DNA from: Promethearchaeota archaeon
GTDB lineage: Archaea; Asgardarchaeota; Lokiarchaeia; Sigyniarchaeales; SOKP01
Reading direction: 5' to 3'
NCBI GenBank assembly: GCA_016839555.1
Contig: JAEOUA010000003.1
Location: 352,001-416,000, forward strand
DNA: 64,000 nucleotides
Shown here: piece after piece, positions 1-10,193 of the stretch
How positions within the stretch are numbered: the stretch's first letter is position 1
How the letters are laid out: each line of letters opens with the position of its first letter
Translations under genes and position numbers: made by a program
The notes under the pieces: model-generated
Told to the model about the DNA's origin: nothing
The model's input: the letters and a program-made list of their open reading frames with translations, nothing else
Databases searched by the model: none

Positions 1-149
1 GCTCTCTAAATAAAAATGTTATTTTTAACAAAAAAGAGGTTATGTAATCTTTTGAATTAAAATAATAATCTTTTATTTAAATCCAGTTATATTTTAATTA
101 ATTTCTTATTTAAAGATCATAAAAAATACATTAATAATGAGGATTAAAT

Positions 150-2162
150 TTGAAGTTTTTTAAGCTATTTACGCCGTTTAAAATTAAGGATATGGTTATT
201 TCAAACCGAATTGTAATGCCCGCAATGCACCTAAATTTAGCAAAAAATGGGTTTATGACCAAAAAACTGGTTGCATTTTATGAAGAACGTGCTAAAGGGG
301 GAGCAGGGATGATTATTGTAGGAGGATGCTATGTCGATATTTATGGCAAAGGACTTCCATCTATGATTGCTGTAGATGATGATAAATTTCTGCCAAAATT
401 AAAAAGGTTTACAGAATCTGTTCATAAAGCAAGAGACGATGTAAAAGTCTGCTGTCAGCTGTACCATGGTGGAGCTTATGCTTTCCCACAAATTATTGGT
501 AAGACACCTATTGCTCCCTCTGCTGTTTATAGTAACTTTAGTAAGACCACGCCTAGAGCCATGACAATGGAAGATATCAATAGAGAGCAGCAAGCTTTTG
601 TTGATGCTTCATTAAGAGCAATAAAGGCAGGATTCGATGCTGTAGAGGTATGTGCAAATGCTGGGTATTTATTGGATCAATTCATCTCCCCTAAGACAAA
701 TAAGCGCACGGATAAGTATGGAGGAGACCTTGAAAATCGCTTAAGGTTTCCAATTGAAACTCTTGAACAAATTCGTTCGAATATAGGAGATTTTCCATTA
801 GGCTATAGAATTTCGGGAGACGATTTCGTTCCTGGAAGTAATACTTATAAGGAGAAAGTAGTTGTTGCAGAAGAACTGGCACCATATCTTGATTATTTTA
901 ATGTGACTGGGGGTTGGCATGAAACGAAGGTTCCACAACTTACTATGGATGTACCAGAGGGTTGTTATACCTATTTAGCAGATATGATTAAGAAGCGGGT
1001 CTCAATTCCGATATTTTCGTCTAATAGAATAAATAATCCAGAACTTGCAGAACAAATTTTAATGGCTGGGAAGGCTGATGCTGTGTGTATGGGTCGAGCA
1101 TTAATTGCAGATCCTTATTTACCCATAAAAGCTAAGAAAGGGGAATTAAGAGATATAATGAAGTGTATAGCATGCAATCAAGGATGCTTTGATAATGTCT
1201 TTCGAATGATGCCAGTAACATGCACAAGAAATGCCAGAGCAGGAAATGAAGCACAAAGAGAATTAAGGCCCCTTGATGAAAAGAAAAAGATAATGGTAGT
1301 AGGTTCTGGACCTGCAGGCTTAGAGGCAGCCAGAGTTGCAGCAATCAGAGGTCATGAAGTTCATATTTTTGAAAAAGATGACAAGATTGGAGGCTTGTTG
1401 AATCTTATCTGGATTCCACCAGGAAGAAACGAGTTTAAGAGGATGATCGAAGATTATGGTTATTGGATTCAAAAATATGGAATAAAAGTTCATTTAGAAC
1501 AAGAGGTCGATGTAAATACCGTTCAAGAATTTGATCCCGATGCAATATTTACCGCAACAGGATCGATACCAATCAAACCTCCCATTAAAGGAATTGATCG
1601 CGAAAATGTGTATTGGGCAAATGAGGTATTTAGTGGTGATGCTCCAGTTGGTAAAAATAACGTTGTTATCGGAGGAGGCGCTACTGGGGTTGAATGTGCA
1701 TTGTATTTAGCTAAGTTTGGAACCTTAGATCTTGAAGCTCTGGATTTTCTATTATTTTATAATGCACTTACTCCCGAAAAGGCCTTGGAAATGCGATATA
1801 CAGAAAGAAATAAGGTTACTGTTCTTGAAAGATTACCAAAATTAGGAAGCGCCTTAGGTAAAACAACTAAGTGGGTTTTATTAGATAAATGTGATGCGTT
1901 TGGAGTGAATTTTCTTACTAATGTGAATGTCACAGAAATTGGAGATAATTATGTCAATTATATTGATGCCTCCGGAAATGAAAATGCAGTTAATGATGTT
2001 GATTACGTGTATTACGCAACAGGAGTGAGATCAAATGATACTCTCTTTAAAGAACTTAAAGAGCTAGAAAAATACGAATTAGAGAATGTTGGAGACGCAA
2101 GAAAACCAGAAACAGTATTAGAAGCGGTAGCTATTGCCTACAAGAAAGCCAATAGAATATAA
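150..2162 (+). CDS. NADH:flavin oxidoreductase / 2,4-dienoyl-CoA reductase-like (OYE TIM barrel + 4Fe-4S + FAD domain)
   Basis: NRIVMPAMH, GGAG, NKRTDKYGG, CIACNQGC Fe-S motif, VVGSGPAGLEAA and VIGGGATG Rossmann motifs; TTG start. Confidence 0.9.
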   Translation: MKFFKLFTPFKIKDMVISNRIVMPAMHLNLAKNGFMTKKLVAFYEERAKGGAGMIIVGGCYVDIYGKGLPSMIAVDDDKFLPKLKRFTESVHKARDDVKVCCQLYHGGAYAFPQIIGKTPIAPSAVYSNFSKTTPRAMTMEDINREQQAFVDASLRAIKAGFDAVEVCANAGYLLDQFISPKTNKRTDKYGGDLENRLRFPIETLEQIRSNIGDFPLGYRISGDDFVPGSNTYKEKVVVAEELAPYLDYFNVTGGWHETKVPQLTMDVPEGCYTYLADMIKKRVSIPIFSSNRINNPELAEQILMAGKADAVCMGRALIADPYLPIKAKKGELRDIMKCIACNQGCFDNVFRMMPVTCTRNARAGNEAQRELRPLDEKKKIMVVGSGPAGLEAARVAAIRGHEVHIFEKDDKIGGLLNLIWIPPGRNEFKRMIEDYGYWIQKYGIKVHLEQEVDVNTVQEFDPDAIFTATGSIPIKPPIKGIDRENVYWANEVFSGDAPVGKNNVVIGGGATGVECALYLAKFGTLDLEALDFLLFYNALTPEKALEMRYTERNKVTVLERLPKLGSALGKTTKWVLLDKCDAFGVNFLTNVNVTEIGDNYVNYIDASGNENAVNDVDYVYYATGVRSNDTLFKELKELEKYELENVGDARKPETVLEAVAIAYKKANRI

Positions 2163-2255
2163 AGTATTTTCTTTCTAAATATTTACTTTTTTAAATTTTT
2201 TTAAAAACCCTTTTAACAATAATTATTAATTAGATAAAGAAAGGCGTATTTTGAA

Positions 2256-3125
2256 ATGAGATCAGACAAGCAACATTTTAAAGAAAAATATATTCAAATA
2301 AATGGTATTAAAATTCACACAGTTATTGCTGGAGAAGGAGAGTCAATAATATTGCTTCATGGGTTTCCAGATTTTTGGTACGGTTGGAAGAAGGTTATGG
2401 ATGGATTAAAAAAGGATTTTCAATTAATTGTTCCGGATTTAAAAGGGTTCAATTTATCAGATAAGCCAACAGATGTAAAAGAATATGATTTAGCTATCTT
2501 AGTGAATGATATTAAAAATTTAGCCAGTAAGCTTAACGTAGATAAATTTAGCTTAGCAGGACACGATTGGGGTGGTATAATTGCTTGGGGTTTTGCCGAG
2601 AAATATCCCGAATTATTACGTAAATTAATTATTCTGAATGCCCCACATTATAAAGTGTTTAGAAAAAAGATAAAAGAGCATGAGACTCAAAGGCGCGCCA
2701 GTGGGTATATTTTACAACTAATTCAACCGAACAGTGATGAACTTCTTAAAAGAAATGATTATCAAATGCTTAAATTTGCAGTCTTCCAAAATGCTCGTAA
2801 TAAAGATGCCTTTTCTCAGGAAGATAAAGAAAAATATCTTGAAGCCTGGGCTCAACCGAATGTTTTAAAAACCTCAGTAAATTATTACCGAGCAAATAGA
2901 AGGTATGAAGAATGGTCTGGAATAATAAAAGTTCCGACTTTAGTCATTTTTGGTATGAAGGATAACTATATTAAGCCATTAGTACTGGAGGGACTCTCTG
3001 AATACGTTAATAATTTAAAAATAGTAAAAGATGCAGAATCATCACATTGGATCATGCATGATAATCCAGAACTAGTCGTTTCAAGTATTCGATACTTCTT
3101 AAAAGAACCGAAAGAAAACCCATAA
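2256..3125 (+). CDS. alpha/beta hydrolase, epoxide hydrolase-like
   Basis: LLHGFPDFWY oxyanion motif, GHDWGG nucleophile elbow, C-terminal SHW. Confidence 0.9.
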   Translation: MRSDKQHFKEKYIQINGIKIHTVIAGEGESIILLHGFPDFWYGWKKVMDGLKKDFQLIVPDLKGFNLSDKPTDVKEYDLAILVNDIKNLASKLNVDKFSLAGHDWGGIIAWGFAEKYPELLRKLIILNAPHYKVFRKKIKEHETQRRASGYILQLIQPNSDELLKRNDYQMLKFAVFQNARNKDAFSQEDKEKYLEAWAQPNVLKTSVNYYRANRRYEEWSGIIKVPTLVIFGMKDNYIKPLVLEGLSEYVNNLKIVKDAESSHWIMHDNPELVVSSIRYFLKEPKENP

Positions 3126-3227
3126 TTCTTTAATTTTTTTATAATTGTATAAAATTAAGATTAAACTTTTTAATTTTATAAAAATATATTTAAATTATAA
3201 AGATTATAATAATTAAGGAGAATTAAA

Positions 3228-3791
3228 ATGGCTGAAGAAATTGAAGAGAATCAAGTGGATATCCGTGAATTATTTTTTGATATCCTTGATCTCGTGAAAT
3301 TTGAACTCAAATTTTATAAATATAAAGAGAGCCCGATGTTTGAACGTATTGTGAAAACGAGAGTATTCCAAAATAAGCTTCAAAAGCTTAAGGACTTTAT
3401 TTCAAGTTATTTCGAAATCATGTATGATAATAAAGAGAGTCCAATTAATCAGGCAGCGTTGCAAACACAATTGGAAAATATTGCCAGACTTACTAATTAT
3501 TATAATGATCTTAGTAATTTTTATAAAGATTCAACCAAGGATCTCATCACAAAAAATAAAGTATTGGAATTAATTGAATATTCACATATAGAAATTCTTT
3601 TCCTCATATTTACAAACATTTTGGACTGGGAACATTATAAATCATCTCTACTATTCCCGACAGATAAAGACAAAGAAAAAATGTTAAAAGAGTTTTTAAA
3701 TAAACTTGCAAGCAGTGAGATCAAAGAGATCGAAGACATAATCGATTTAGAAATGTCAATAGATAGATTTATTGAAGGAATAACATCTTAA
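3228..3791 (+). CDS. hypothetical helical protein
   Basis: 187-aa ORF preceded by AAGGAG; no motif recognised. Confidence 0.75.
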   Translation: MAEEIEENQVDIRELFFDILDLVKFELKFYKYKESPMFERIVKTRVFQNKLQKLKDFISSYFEIMYDNKESPINQAALQTQLENIARLTNYYNDLSNFYKDSTKDLITKNKVLELIEYSHIEILFLIFTNILDWEHYKSSLLFPTDKDKEKMLKEFLNKLASSEIKEIEDIIDLEMSIDRFIEGITS

Positions 3792-3985
3792 TTTTCTATT
3801 ATATACTTCTTTAGTTTAGAGATCAGGATTACCCTTAATTTTTTTCTTTTTTCCATTTTAATCATAAAAATAATTTAAATGATTTTTTGACCATATTATA
3901 ATTTAAATGTGAAAATTAATTACTTGATATGAGGTATTTTGTTTATATATTTATTTTAAGGAATAAAAATTAGAGTTAGGATTGA

Positions 3986-4297
3986 ATGGAAGAAGATTGT
4001 ATTAATAAAATTTTAGATTTTTATAATAAACAACAGAAGGACTTAAAATTTGATGTTAAGAGTGAAAAATGGATCCATAATTCAAAATATTTAATGATTT
4101 TAATGGATAATTTGGATAAAAAAATGGAAAATTATAGAACTATAAGGAATTGCTTAATTCTTCTTATAAATTTATGTTTCGATATAGAAAATGCCGATAT
4201 ATATCAAGGTCGGGGCAGATCTACAAGAGATCTTGATAATTCAGAAAAGGCAAAATATAAGTCTTTATTGAGAGAAGAACATCAAAGTTCAAAATAA
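3986..4297 (+). CDS. hypothetical protein
   Basis: 103-aa ORF with host-like composition. Confidence 0.65.
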   Translation: MEEDCINKILDFYNKQQKDLKFDVKSEKWIHNSKYLMILMDNLDKKMENYRTIRNCLILLINLCFDIENADIYQGRGRSTRDLDNSEKAKYKSLLREEHQSSK

Positions 4298-4390
4298 AAT
4301 CTTCTCATATTCATTAAAAATCCCTTCTCACTTTTTAATAAAAAACTTTTAAAAATTGATGAGAATAATTTTTAAAATTATAATACAACA

Positions 4391-6655
4391 TTAAAATACA
4401 TTTAATTTATGAAGTTCGTATAATTCATCAAAATCTTCAAATATATCATCAATTTCTCTTAATAAGAGAGTTAATTTCTTTTTTGTTGATTTATCTTCTC
4501 CAAAAGTGTCCAATATAATTTTATCTAAATTTACTTTATATTCTGAAGTAAGGTTAGAGATCTTCTCTAAATCGTTTCTAGAAATGCCTTGATCCTCTAA
4601 TTTTTCGAGAATATCTTCCATTTGGTTTTTTAAACTGACACAAGCCCATAAGGCATTGGTAGATTTTTTATATAACTTTTTTTCTTTCTCATAAGCGATG
4701 GAATCTTCATCTGAAAGATCGGTTCTTATACCAAGATCTTCAATCCTTTCATTTAATAAATGCTTCACACGATGATAAATCTCTATCGCTCTGTAAATTT
4801 TTCTTAAGGAGTTTAAAAGATTATATTTTCTTAATAATGCTGCATCAACGATCTTTAAATAGGCAGTTTCATAATAGGTTTGAATCGTACCAAAAGTAGA
4901 TTTCGGTACTGATTCTCCAATTTTTAATTTAATCTGATCTAAATCGTCTTTTAATCTTGTTTTTTCTGCATGAGTAATTTTTTTATGGTCAAACCTTTTA
5001 TAAATACTTTTTGCATCTGATTTGATCCTAAGAGCTTGATTTTTTAGTTTCTTGGCTTGTTCTTCAACATTAGTAAGGCTTTTCCTTTCCCCTTTCTTCT
5101 CACAAAAATCCAATATGGAAATAGCATCATCCAATAGATCAAAAACTTTGTTGTGATTTTCATTTAAATAATATTTAGTATCTTGGATTTTTTGAATTGC
5201 TCTATCCATCTGGATTTCTAATTCAAACACATAATCAATCAATGTGGTTTGTCTCCTCTCTTTTAAGATATATGATTTCTCCCTCATATCTTCTACTACT
5301 ACTTTAATTGTTAGATACCACAAAATGCCAGCAGGAATCCAAAATAAAATGGTAATTAATACCATGTTAAAAATACTTCCGAATACTGAAATTAAGAAAG
5401 ATGATAAAAGAAGCGTGAGACCCTTGCCTATTTGTTCAGATAAGTTAAATAAAGATGTCGCAGTGCCTTTATGTTCGGGTAAATTCACATCGATCATAAT
5501 GGCACGTTTATTTGCGACTGGTCCAGAGCTCAAGGTTGAGGCGATTAATGCGAAAATAAAAAAATAAATATAGCTTGGATATACACGAAATATTTCTATA
5601 ATAGATAATAAAATATAGGTCCAAATCTCTTGTGTTGGTATTATCAGCGGATAAGCTACATTGAGCTTATTAGCATCTATAGGTTGAATAGAAAGCATAG
5701 TTAAAAAGCAAAAAGGAATTGTTAAAAACATACATATAGTAGCGAGTCGAGTTCTATTCTTTTCATTCTTCCTAAATAACACATCACCTAGATAAGAGAG
5801 GAAAATATTTCCCAAAACATAGCCGACCCCAACCATTCCAGCGAAAATTGTAGATGTTTGAAGGCGTATTACTTCGGGTAATTCATTAAAATAATGAAGA
5901 TTCAACATTGAAGTTAAAAAGTAAATTAAAACTGTTCCAGGAATAATAGCAAAAAATCCTTGTATTGTTAAATAGAGATTAGTTTTTTTACTAAAGATTT
6001 CTGTTAAATCATCCTTAGAAATTCTATAGCTATATTCTAAATTTAGCTCACTTAATTCTGTTAATTCGGTTTCTTTAGCACCTCTCGAAGGTAATTTAAT
6101 AAAAAACATAAGAAATACAATCGCAATAGAAATGCCTGCCATTAATAAAAAAGGAAATCGCCAAGAAAAAACAGGACCTAAGAAAGAGGATAATCCTTGA
6201 CCAATGGCGTTAGAAGCTGAACTTAATATAGCAATCCATCCGAACCAACCTGAACGCTCTTCAGGTGGTATTGCATCAGATAATATAGAATATCCCACAG
6301 GTAAAACACATCCTAAACCCGCCCCGCTTATTAAACGAGAAATCATTATCATTGGTAATCCCGTTGAAAATCCTGTTAAAAGCATTCCTATTGTCCATGA
6401 AAACCCTCCCGCTAAAATTAATTTTGTTCTATTAATCCGGTCAGTAAAATAGCCCCATATCAACGCAAACGCGGCGCTTATTAAAACAAATAACGAATCT
6501 GGAATTGCTAATAACTCTTCTGGAATTCCAAATTCTTTTTTAATTGCCCCATACGCGGGTATGAGCATGTATGCGCAAGTTATAGAAATAAATAGAAGTA
6601 CGCATACTAAAACAATGGGAATTAAATCATTTTTCTTGATTTTCGTGAGCGGAAT
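4391..6655 (-). CDS. MFS transporter with ~290-aa soluble C-terminal extension; start probably non-canonical, upstream of the ATG at 6568
   Basis: MFS motif A (WGYFTDRINR), RLISGAGLG, SDAIPPEERSG. The frame stays open upstream of 6568 to 6676 and encodes a TM helix (LIPIVLVCVLLFISITCAY). Exact start is uncertain. Confidence 0.8.
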   Translation of the reverse strand: MPLTKIKKNDLIPIVLVCVLLFISITCAYMLIPAYGAIKKEFGIPEELLAIPDSLFVLISAAFALIWGYFTDRINRTKLILAGGFSWTIGMLLTGFSTGLPMIMISRLISGAGLGCVLPVGYSILSDAIPPEERSGWFGWIAILSSASNAIGQGLSSFLGPVFSWRFPFLLMAGISIAIVFLMFFIKLPSRGAKETELTELSELNLEYSYRISKDDLTEIFSKKTNLYLTIQGFFAIIPGTVLIYFLTSMLNLHYFNELPEVIRLQTSTIFAGMVGVGYVLGNIFLSYLGDVLFRKNEKNRTRLATICMFLTIPFCFLTMLSIQPIDANKLNVAYPLIIPTQEIWTYILLSIIEIFRVYPSYIYFFIFALIASTLSSGPVANKRAIMIDVNLPEHKGTATSLFNLSEQIGKGLTLLLSSFLISVFGSIFNMVLITILFWIPAGILWYLTIKVVVEDMREKSYILKERRQTTLIDYVFELEIQMDRAIQKIQDTKYYLNENHNKVFDLLDDAISILDFCEKKGERKSLTNVEEQAKKLKNQALRIKSDAKSIYKRFDHKKITHAEKTRLKDDLDQIKLKIGESVPKSTFGTIQTYYETAYLKIVDAALLRKYNLLNSLRKIYRAIEIYHRVKHLLNERIEDLGIRTDLSDEDSIAYEKEKKLYKKSTNALWACVSLKNQMEDILEKLEDQGISRNDLEKISNLTSEYKVNLDKIILDTFGEDKSTKKKLTLLLREIDDIFEDFDELYELHKLNVF

Positions 6656-6881
6656 ATCTCTTTTCTCTTTTTTAATTTAATTCAAATTAAATTAATTAAG
6701 AAATTATACCTAAAAAAATTTTAATATAGGTAATTAAATAGGTTTTTTTATTATATTTTTATTTTGTGTGTAAATCTTATTTTCATTTAAAGTTTTTAAA
6801 TTTTAAATCAGTAGGGATTTTTCAATCTTTCGATTATTGTTTTTAGTAGGAAAAATTATTAAAAATAAGAAGTATAGTTCT

Positions 6882-8297
6882 CTAATTTTTATTCTTGTCT
6901 CGATAAAGAAATATAAATATCGAAATTTCAATAATAATAAAAGCAATTAAAGAGAATATTTCTTTTTCTATATTGATTATAGTATAGATAAATAAAACAA
7001 TAAATAATAAGGCGGTTCCAGCCATTCCTATGATTGGAAAAATTATATTGCTATTAGTTGATTTTCTTGCTTTATAATTAGAAAAATTAATGATAAAAAA
7101 TATCTGGGCAAAAATAAGTCCTGCTATACCTGCTATAGCTAACGCCCCTCCTGTGAAAATGGTTAATAATATACTCACTATACTTGTTAATATAATTGAG
7201 TTATAGGGAACTTTATTTTTACTCATTTTTGAAAATTTGCTAGGTATTACATTGTCTTTAGCCATTTTATAGGCAAGACGAGAGGATCCTATAATGGTTG
7301 CATTCATGGCACTTAAAGTTGCCAATAAAGCACAGACACTTATAATAATTAATCCTATTATTCCTAAGGCTTTTTGTGCCGCTAACGCAATCGATACTTC
7401 CTTTAGATGACCTCCTTGATTTAGAATACCGGAAACACCTAATATCGCCATGCTTGAAAAAGCAGTTAAAATATAAACTATCATGGAAACAACAAGCGAC
7501 CATTTCATCATTGACAATCCTTTCTCCCTATCTTTCATTTCATGAGAGCCATATGCAATGAGCTGAAAACCTTCATATGAAATGATTATCGATGCACTTC
7601 CAAATAAAATCCCGAGAAAATTCATATTTGAGAACGAATCTATATCTAATCCTTCATTTTCTAAAAAAATTTCCATATTTTGGGATGAATAAAGTAATCC
7701 CGAGATAATAAATAAACTAAGAATCATTAAAATAGAAATTACTAAAATATTTTGTAGTCGAGAAGATTCCTTCACTCCTTTTAAATTTAAAATCGTAATG
7801 AAAATAAATATAATAAAAACAATAATAGATATCAATAAATAATTGAATTCCAAATTAAAAAGATAAATAAAATACACGCTAAATGTATAAGCATATAGAG
7901 CCATTGTTGCGATATAGCCAAAATAGATCAAAAGTCCAGCAAATTTTCCCATTTCCTTCAAATTTGAACTTGATAAAGCCTTTTGTATGCATGTAAATTC
8001 TCCCCCAGGAGTAGACCATTTTAAATTTAATTTATGATAAGAATATACCGTAAATAGAGTAATTATTCCCGTAATCAGATATGATAAATATGTATAAGGC
8101 CCCGTATATTCTGTTATTGCCCCTATTACGCTAAATATTCCTCCACCAACTAGCCCTCCAATACCAATCATCAGGCAGCTAAATTTACTTAGGTGTTGAT
8201 GAAAATCTTTCTCATCGTCTTCCTTCTCTTTTTGTTCTTTTTGATCTACTATAACCGGTTTTTCATATTGTTCTTTTTCTAGCATGTATACTTTCAC
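6882..8297 (-). CDS. APC-family amino acid permease
   Basis: IGIGGLVGGGIF TM1, SYEGFQ TM6, SSRLAYKMAKD; about 12 hydrophobic segments. Confidence 0.9.
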   Translation of the reverse strand: MKVYMLEKEQYEKPVIVDQKEQKEKEDDEKDFHQHLSKFSCLMIGIGGLVGGGIFSVIGAITEYTGPYTYLSYLITGIITLFTVYSYHKLNLKWSTPGGEFTCIQKALSSSNLKEMGKFAGLLIYFGYIATMALYAYTFSVYFIYLFNLEFNYLLISIIVFIIFIFITILNLKGVKESSRLQNILVISILMILSLFIISGLLYSSQNMEIFLENEGLDIDSFSNMNFLGILFGSASIIISYEGFQLIAYGSHEMKDREKGLSMMKWSLVVSMIVYILTAFSSMAILGVSGILNQGGHLKEVSIALAAQKALGIIGLIIISVCALLATLSAMNATIIGSSRLAYKMAKDNVIPSKFSKMSKNKVPYNSIILTSIVSILLTIFTGGALAIAGIAGLIFAQIFFIINFSNYKARKSTNSNIIFPIIGMAGTALLFIVLFIYTIINIEKEIFSLIAFIIIEISIFIFLYRDKNKN

Positions 8298-8643
8298 TCG
8301 TTTTATATTTTATAAAAGCAGTGAATATAAAACTGAATATTTTTTTACTTTATATCCTATACCTATTTTTTGGAAGTAAACAACTTTTAAAATAGGTTAT
8401 AAGAGAGGGGTTATTTGCGCTACATAAGTCATTATATTGTTTTGATACATTGAGTATATCAAAAATCAATTAAGTAAAATATTCATTTAATATATTCTTA
8501 ATTGGATAGAATAATTAAAATAATAATTAAATCTTTTCTATTCCGCCTAAATTTTGTAAAAAATAGGATATCTCTTCAAGACATTAGATTTAGTAATTAA
8601 AATTTAGTCCATGTTGAAATCCGTAAAAATATAAAGAGTTAAA

Positions 8644-8757
8644 TGGGGACTGAGGGATTCGAACCCCCGATCTTCAGCTCACTCCCTTCCCTTTGCTTTT
8701 GGGTTAATTGCTTCGGGTTCTGGAGGCTGTCGCGCTACCGTGCTACGCCAAATCCCC
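8644..8757 (-). tRNA. trnW: tRNA-Trp(CCA) with a 40-nt intron (8680-8719) at canonical position 37/38; CCA end not encoded
   Basis: Minus strand: acceptor GGGGATT/AGTCCCC-A, D arm GCGT/GCGC, anticodon CCA at 8723-8721, T arm GGGGG-TTCGAAT-CCCTC. Splice motif: central helix CUCC/GGAG flanked by AG|A and UG|A. Confidence 0.93.
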
Positions 8758-8890
8758 CTCTTATCTATAAATACAAATAGTTATACTATTATTGTTAATT
8801 TTTAATAATATTTGAAATTTTTTTTATTTTAAAATTTGCTGATGAAAAGAACTAAAAATTGTTATATATATCCGGAGAGAGATAAAGATT

Positions 8891-9394
8891 TTATTTAAGT
8901 TTTCCTCCACACACATCACAGAACTCTTTATCATCTTGATTCGGTTCTAATGGAACTCCACAGTGAGGGCAGACCTTTATCGATTCACTTACTTTTTCAT
9001 TTTCAGGGACATAATCAAATTGGAGGTCCGCGTCATCAGGAATAATCAATATTTTATACTCTTTTCCACATTTTTTACAGACAGTATCTTCCATATTCAT
9101 AATATTCCCACAATTAGAGCATCTTTTAAGTAATTTTAATCCACAGTTTGGACATTTCTCTGCATAAATGCTCACTCGGGTATTACACTGAGGACACCTC
9201 TTATCTGGTCTAAAGAAAAACCCTAAAACAGCCTGAATGCAGATTATTGTCGCAATTTCTAAAGGAACAAGAATTCTCCAATTTATATCAAAATAAAAAA
9301 CTCCTAATAATACTAGAGGAGTAAAAGAAAATAATGTGAGAAGTAAGATTAAGAATCTTGTTTTTATTTCGAGCCGACGTTTTCTATTATTCAT
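8891..9394 (-). CDS. membrane protein with multiple zinc ribbons (DZR-like)
   Basis: Two N-terminal TM helices followed by six CxxC pairs. Confidence 0.8.
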   Translation of the reverse strand: MNNRKRRLEIKTRFLILLLTLFSFTPLVLLGVFYFDINWRILVPLEIATIICIQAVLGFFFRPDKRCPQCNTRVSIYAEKCPNCGLKLLKRCSNCGNIMNMEDTVCKKCGKEYKILIIPDDADLQFDYVPENEKVSESIKVCPHCGVPLEPNQDDKEFCDVCGGKLK

Positions 9395-9495
9395 AACTTG
9401 AATTTTTAAATTTTTCTTACTCTTTAATTTATTAAATGGTAACCAACAAATAAATAATTGCTAATCCACTTATTCTTTTTTTTGAGATAATATGA

Positions 9496-9672
9496 TTATT
9501 TAAGCTCAATTTCATCCTTTTCCAATTTAACTCCACAATAAGGGCAGGTATCTCTTTCTTGATCTTCTGGGCTTAATTTTTCGCCACATGCAAAACAAAA
9601 TTTTACTTTTGTCCCAAATTGGAAATTTTTTTCTGATTCCTTCTTTTTTTGATTATCATCAAGATTACTCAT
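9496..9672 (-). CDS. small zinc-ribbon protein (58 aa), absent from the ORF track
   Basis: Hand translation MSNLDDNQKKKESEKNFQFGTKVKFCFACGEKLSPEDQERDTCPYCGVKLEKDEIELK*; CFACG and CPYCG knuckles. Confidence 0.75.
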   Translation of the reverse strand: MSNLDDNQKKKESEKNFQFGTKVKFCFACGEKLSPEDQERDTCPYCGVKLEKDEIELK

Positions 9673-9848
9673 AGGAGAATAAAGAAATAAAATTATAAAT
9701 AAAATAATAGGAGTCCAATCATTATTTATTAGGAAAAATGCTAAAATTTAAGAAAAAAGATATCTAGATCTATATACAAGATAATATATAAATAGCAAAC
9801 GATTTAAAATAATATTAATAAAAATTTTAATAATGGAGGTAAAAAATA

Positions 9849-10049
9849 ATGCCCGGTTCTCATGGAAGTTTAACTAAGGCTGGAAAAGTGAAGATGCAAA
9901 CTCCAAAAGTTGTAAGAACGGGAGTAAATTCAACTCCAAAAAAGCCACCAAGAATGCGGTATCGAGACTTATACAAAAAACGTTTTGTAAAGGGAAAATA
10001 CGGCGGGCAGCCAGATAGTATAGGAGCTAAGCGAAGCAAATTTAGCTAA
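9849..10049 (+). CDS. rps30e: 30S ribosomal protein S30e (eS30)
   Basis: SHGSLTKAGKVKMQTPKV signature; GGAGG ribosome-binding site upstream. Confidence 0.95.
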   Translation: MPGSHGSLTKAGKVKMQTPKVVRTGVNSTPKKPPRMRYRDLYKKRFVKGKYGGQPDSIGAKRSKFS

Positions 10050-10193
10050 TTTGGCTAAAAGGGAGAATCTTCATTTTTCATTTATTTCAATTTTTTATTA
10101 TTTCAAAGTTATTTTTTATTGAGAATAAATTCTGATTGTCGTTTTGATTTTAGACACTTTGCACGAAAATTTTTAATTTTTCTTGCTGTAACT

